From Chiloscyllium plagiosum (taxonomy: Eukaryota): a stretch of 64,000 nt of DNA. A program made the translations under genes and the position numbers. The stretch is taken from positions 42,533,820 through 42,597,819 of the forward strand of contig NC_057712.1 in the NCBI RefSeq assembly GCF_004010195.1. The letters are read 5' to 3'. The notes under the pieces were generated by a model. That model ran no database searches. It was not told where the DNA came from and was given only the letters and a program-made list of their open reading frames with translations. Positions 61,156 to 64,000 of this stretch are shown here, piece after piece (position 1 is the first letter of the stretch; each line of letters opens with the position of its first letter).

Positions 61156-61373
61156 GTTAAAAATCACACAACACCAAGTTATAGTCCAACAGGTTTAATT
61201 GGAAGCACACTGGCTTTCGGAGCGTCGCTCCTTCATCAGGTGCCAACTACCTGATGAAGGAGCGGAGCTCCGAAAGCTAGTGTGCTTCCAATTAAACCTG
61301 TTAAACAGTAACCTGGTGTTGTGTGATTTTTAACTTTGTGCACCCCAGTCCAACACCGGCATCTTCAAATCAT
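61156..61373. mobile_element. Palindromic Penelope-type mini-element (family C) with two back-to-back hammerhead cores
   Basis: ~85-bp arms 61156-61334; ~38-nt one-sided tail; 13-nt direct repeat TCATATAAATAAA at 61142-61154 and 61370-61382. Confidence 0.85.
61248..61282 (+). ncRNA. Minimal type I hammerhead ribozyme motif
   Basis: UAC-CUGAUGA-A-GGAGC-GGA-GCUCC-GAA-AGCU-A-GUG: intact core, 5-bp stem II, palindromic AGCU in place of stem III, stem I UAC/GUG. Confidence 0.7.
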
Positions 61374-61530
61374 ATAAATAAAAGTTTTAGTTTCTATAAT
61401 AACGAGAAATGCAAGCTTTCCAATCTTCAAGAGAATTTTTCAAGTTATACAAACGGAACTTGAAAGATGGGGTCCCACTGAAGCCAGTGTTAGGTACTTT
61501 GCCCTCTTTTAGAAGCATCATTCAACACAA

Positions 61531-61890
61531 GTCACAGTGGCTCAGTGATTAGCACTGCTGCCTCTCAGTGCCAGGGACCGGGTTTGATTCCAGCCTTGAG
61601 CATCAGTCTGTACGGAGTTTGCACATTCTCCCCACGTCTGCGTGGGTTTCCTCTGGGTGCTCCGGTTTCCTTCCACAGTCCAAAGATGTGCAAGCCAGGT
61701 TAATTGGCCATGCTAGATTGCCCATAGTACTCAAGGATGTATAGGTGAGGGGCATTAGTCAGGGGAAAATGTAGAACAATACAAAGTTGGGGAATGAGTC
61801 TGTGTGGGATATTCTTTGGCGGGTCAGTGTGGACTTGTTGGGTTAAATGGCTTGTTTCCACACTGTATGGATTCAATTATTGATTCTATG
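61531..61890 (+). mobile_element. V-SINE, HE1-like shark SINE, full length
   Basis: A-box TGGCTCAGTGAT, B-box GGTTTGATTCC, V-domain GTCTGCGTGGGTTTCCTCTGGGTGCTCCGGTTTCCTTCCACAGTCCAAAGATGTG, CR1-like tail, AAGTCA direct repeat. Confidence 0.9.
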
Positions 61891-62113
61891 AAGTCAATAA
61901 GATGCTAGAACATGACTGGGATTCACAATTCAGTCAAAGATGTTCACCAGAACAATGAGCCCACAATTCAAATAAAGCAATATTTTCAGCACAAGAGCCT
62001 TTTGTCGTCATTAAGTAATGCAACTTTGTTCCTGTTCATTATATAGACACACAAAATTCTTCCAGTTCTGTAACTAAACCATCTGAACAGTTTTGTTACT
62101 GAACAATACGTAC

Positions 62114-62242
62114 CAGATGAACGTTAAGCTGCTCCCTGGCAGTTTCTGGCAAGCCTCCAACAGGTTTTGATGCCGACAGCTGACGGTCAATGTCTACCAG
62201 CCAGCGCTGCATATTTTCAATCTCGCTCTGGAAACCTTGAGC
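62114..62242 (-). CDS. DST: DST exon (129 nt): [15 protein letters not shown]...[15 protein letters not shown]
   Basis: atag|GCT ... CTG|gtacgt, 43 codons, GGLPETA spectrin motif. Confidence 0.95.
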
Positions 62243-63296
62243 CTATATAATATAAAGAAACTACATTAATCTTCAGCTGACTAGGATATAAGAAACAGAA
62301 ATCATCCCACCCCCGCAACCTAAATGATAACTGCAGTTTCTCTGAAAGCAATTTAGTTAAGATCTTGTCCAAGCTGTGATGCTGGGGGCAGCCAAGGCGA
62401 GCAAAGGCAACTTTTATTCAAAGGTAATGCAACTCTGAGTAGTGTCAAAGAAAGGGACAGTCTGATAGCTCATCTTTACTCATGGATTATAGTCAGTTCA
62501 CCCAGGAAGGCCATTAGACCAAGGGAGAAAAAACTTGACTCACAGGAATGTGAGGAAGAACCTTTTTTTTTGAAACACAGTGAACGGTAATGACCTGTAA
62601 CATGCTGCCCATGAGGACAGTGGAAACAACTAACATTTTCAAAAAGGAATTTGAATGGGCACTTGAGAAAAATAAACATACAGAGCTGCAGTAATTGAGT
62701 GAGGAGTGGAACTGATTGGACTGTTCCGAGGGGAGACAGCAGTGACTCAACGGTCGAACAGTCTCCATTTATGGCGCAAAGCGAATAGCAGTGCGAGAGG
62801 AAAGGAACTAGGTCAGAACCATATTTCCAGTGGTTGGTGAGAAGCAGCTGAATTGATGTTCATCCCTAAGCTATCAGGGACATCTTTTATTATGGGGAAC
62901 TAAAGGGGAGAAGAAAAAGAAAGTTCCTGGGTTGAAAAAAGGATTTGACATCAAGACATTCAACGTCTGTCCTCTTTAGATATTTAAATATTTTTCAGCT
63001 ACCATTTCCTGATTGATTCCAATAGTAATATAATCAGGAACAGAATCTCTCTCCCTCTCTCTTAGTTGGTGATAGTAAACCAGCCCAAAACTAAAAGTTA
63101 TGAATTAATTTTGATTTGTATCACTGGTTCTGAAGTATCCTGAATCTTACCCTCATACATTACTATTGCTCTCCATCATGTTCACCTGAGAGGTTGGATT
63201 CCTAAAGCCCCAGTGAAGATTTTTGCAATTGCAGTTTGTAGTACCTTTCAGTCTGGGCTCAAGCCAGCTTGTGACGAATTCGTGACCCTGCCTTAC

Positions 63297-63494
63297 CTGG
63301 ATGAGAGAGGATTGCAGTTGCTGTTGCCGTTGCTCGGTTTGTTCCAGGACATTGTTCCAGCGCTGGTTCAGGATTTCTAGCTTGCTCTGCAGGCTGCTGG
63401 CTTCTTCCCCATCACTCGATTCGAGCAGATCATTTCCAGCTTTGTTCACAGTTTCCACAGTGGACTTGTGCGCGAGGACATCATTCTGTAGAAC
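63297..63494 (-). CDS. DST: DST exon (198 nt), spectrin repeat: [20 protein letters not shown]...QLQSSLIQ
   Basis: Acceptor ctttag|GTT, donor CAG|gtaagg, 66 codons, phase 0/0. Confidence 0.95.
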
Positions 63495-64000
63495 CTAAAG
63501 TATAAAAGGCATTTGTAGCAGATTTAAGTCACGACTCTGGCAGTCCAATGAGATGTGAATCACAGAAGTCAATAATAGTATTAGACTTGGTTCTGAATTG
63601 GCGACTTCAAAACAGGGCACTGGAGAAATGATAATATTGGGCTCAGTAACAGGGCAGAAAGCAGCCTCAGCATTTCAATCACAATCCAGCAACTCCAGTC
63701 AGATGTATTTATGACCACTGGACTCCAGAGCTTGAGCTCTTGGATGACCACATAGTTGGTAGCCAGTGAATGCTAAGGCACACATTAAAAATGTTTTTTG
63801 AAAACAAATTCTACTATTAGAAAGGAATGGTGAAAAGTAATGAGAAAAAAAAAGTGACCAACAGTTAATTAGCTGGGGGTAGTCACACCACAAATGTTGG
63901 TGAGAAGCTGCTTCAGCTTTGTACAATGCAAATTAAATCTTAAACCTTAATGGACTCCAAATTGAGCCAGAATAACAAATTCTTTCAGGGAGTGCCTCTT

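Larger units (their letters stand above)
5806..63494 (-). other. DST: Dystonin (DST/BPAG1) spectraplakin gene, partial: C-terminal spectrin repeats, EF-hands, GAR domain, start of GSR tail
   Basis: Manually spliced exons give one continuous ORF with GT-AG introns and matching phases. Peptides [76 protein letters not shown] and VHHHGSKMLRSESNSSIT match DST rather than MACF1, as recalled from the human proteins. Confidence 0.95.

Noticed and set aside
61531-61610. tRNA gene (also 28088, 33250, 38600-38700)
   Set aside because: A/B boxes are SINE heads followed by SINE bodies; no intact cloverleaf
5806-63494. Assignment to MACF1 (ACF7) instead of DST
   Set aside because: Diagnostic residues as recalled ([52 protein letters not shown]) match DST
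1-64000. CRISPR arrays, operons or prokaryotic defence systems
   Set aside because: No regularly spaced repeat-spacer array; the sequence is spliceosomal-intron vertebrate DNA

Overview
Eukaryotic, intron-rich vertebrate DNA, most likely a cartilaginous fish (shark), judged from the HE1/V-SINE, CR1 and Penelope repeat content. The whole window lies inside the 3' part of the dystonin (DST/BPAG1) spectraplakin gene on the minus strand. I reconstructed 22 coding exons (63494 down to 5806) with GT-AG boundaries and consistent phases. They encode the last spectrin repeats, two EF-hands, the GAR (GAS2) domain and the start of the GSR tail. Upstream exons and the final exons lie outside the window. 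Introns contain decayed CR1-superfamily LINEs (one nearly full length), tRNA-derived SINEs, pogo/Tigger-like MITEs and Penelope-like remnants; most ORFs in the track are LINE debris or noise. Three signals stand out. (1) Several families of ~170-220 bp palindromic, direct-repeat-flanked Penelope-type mini-elements carry back-to-back minimal hammerhead ribozyme cores. (2) A strongly signalled, frame-preserving 15-nt candidate microexon lies just after the GAR domain. (3) That microexon sits within a cluster of cassette exons surrounded by TGCATG (RBFOX) motifs. Repeat coordinates are approximate, and family names come from recalled motifs, not database searches.
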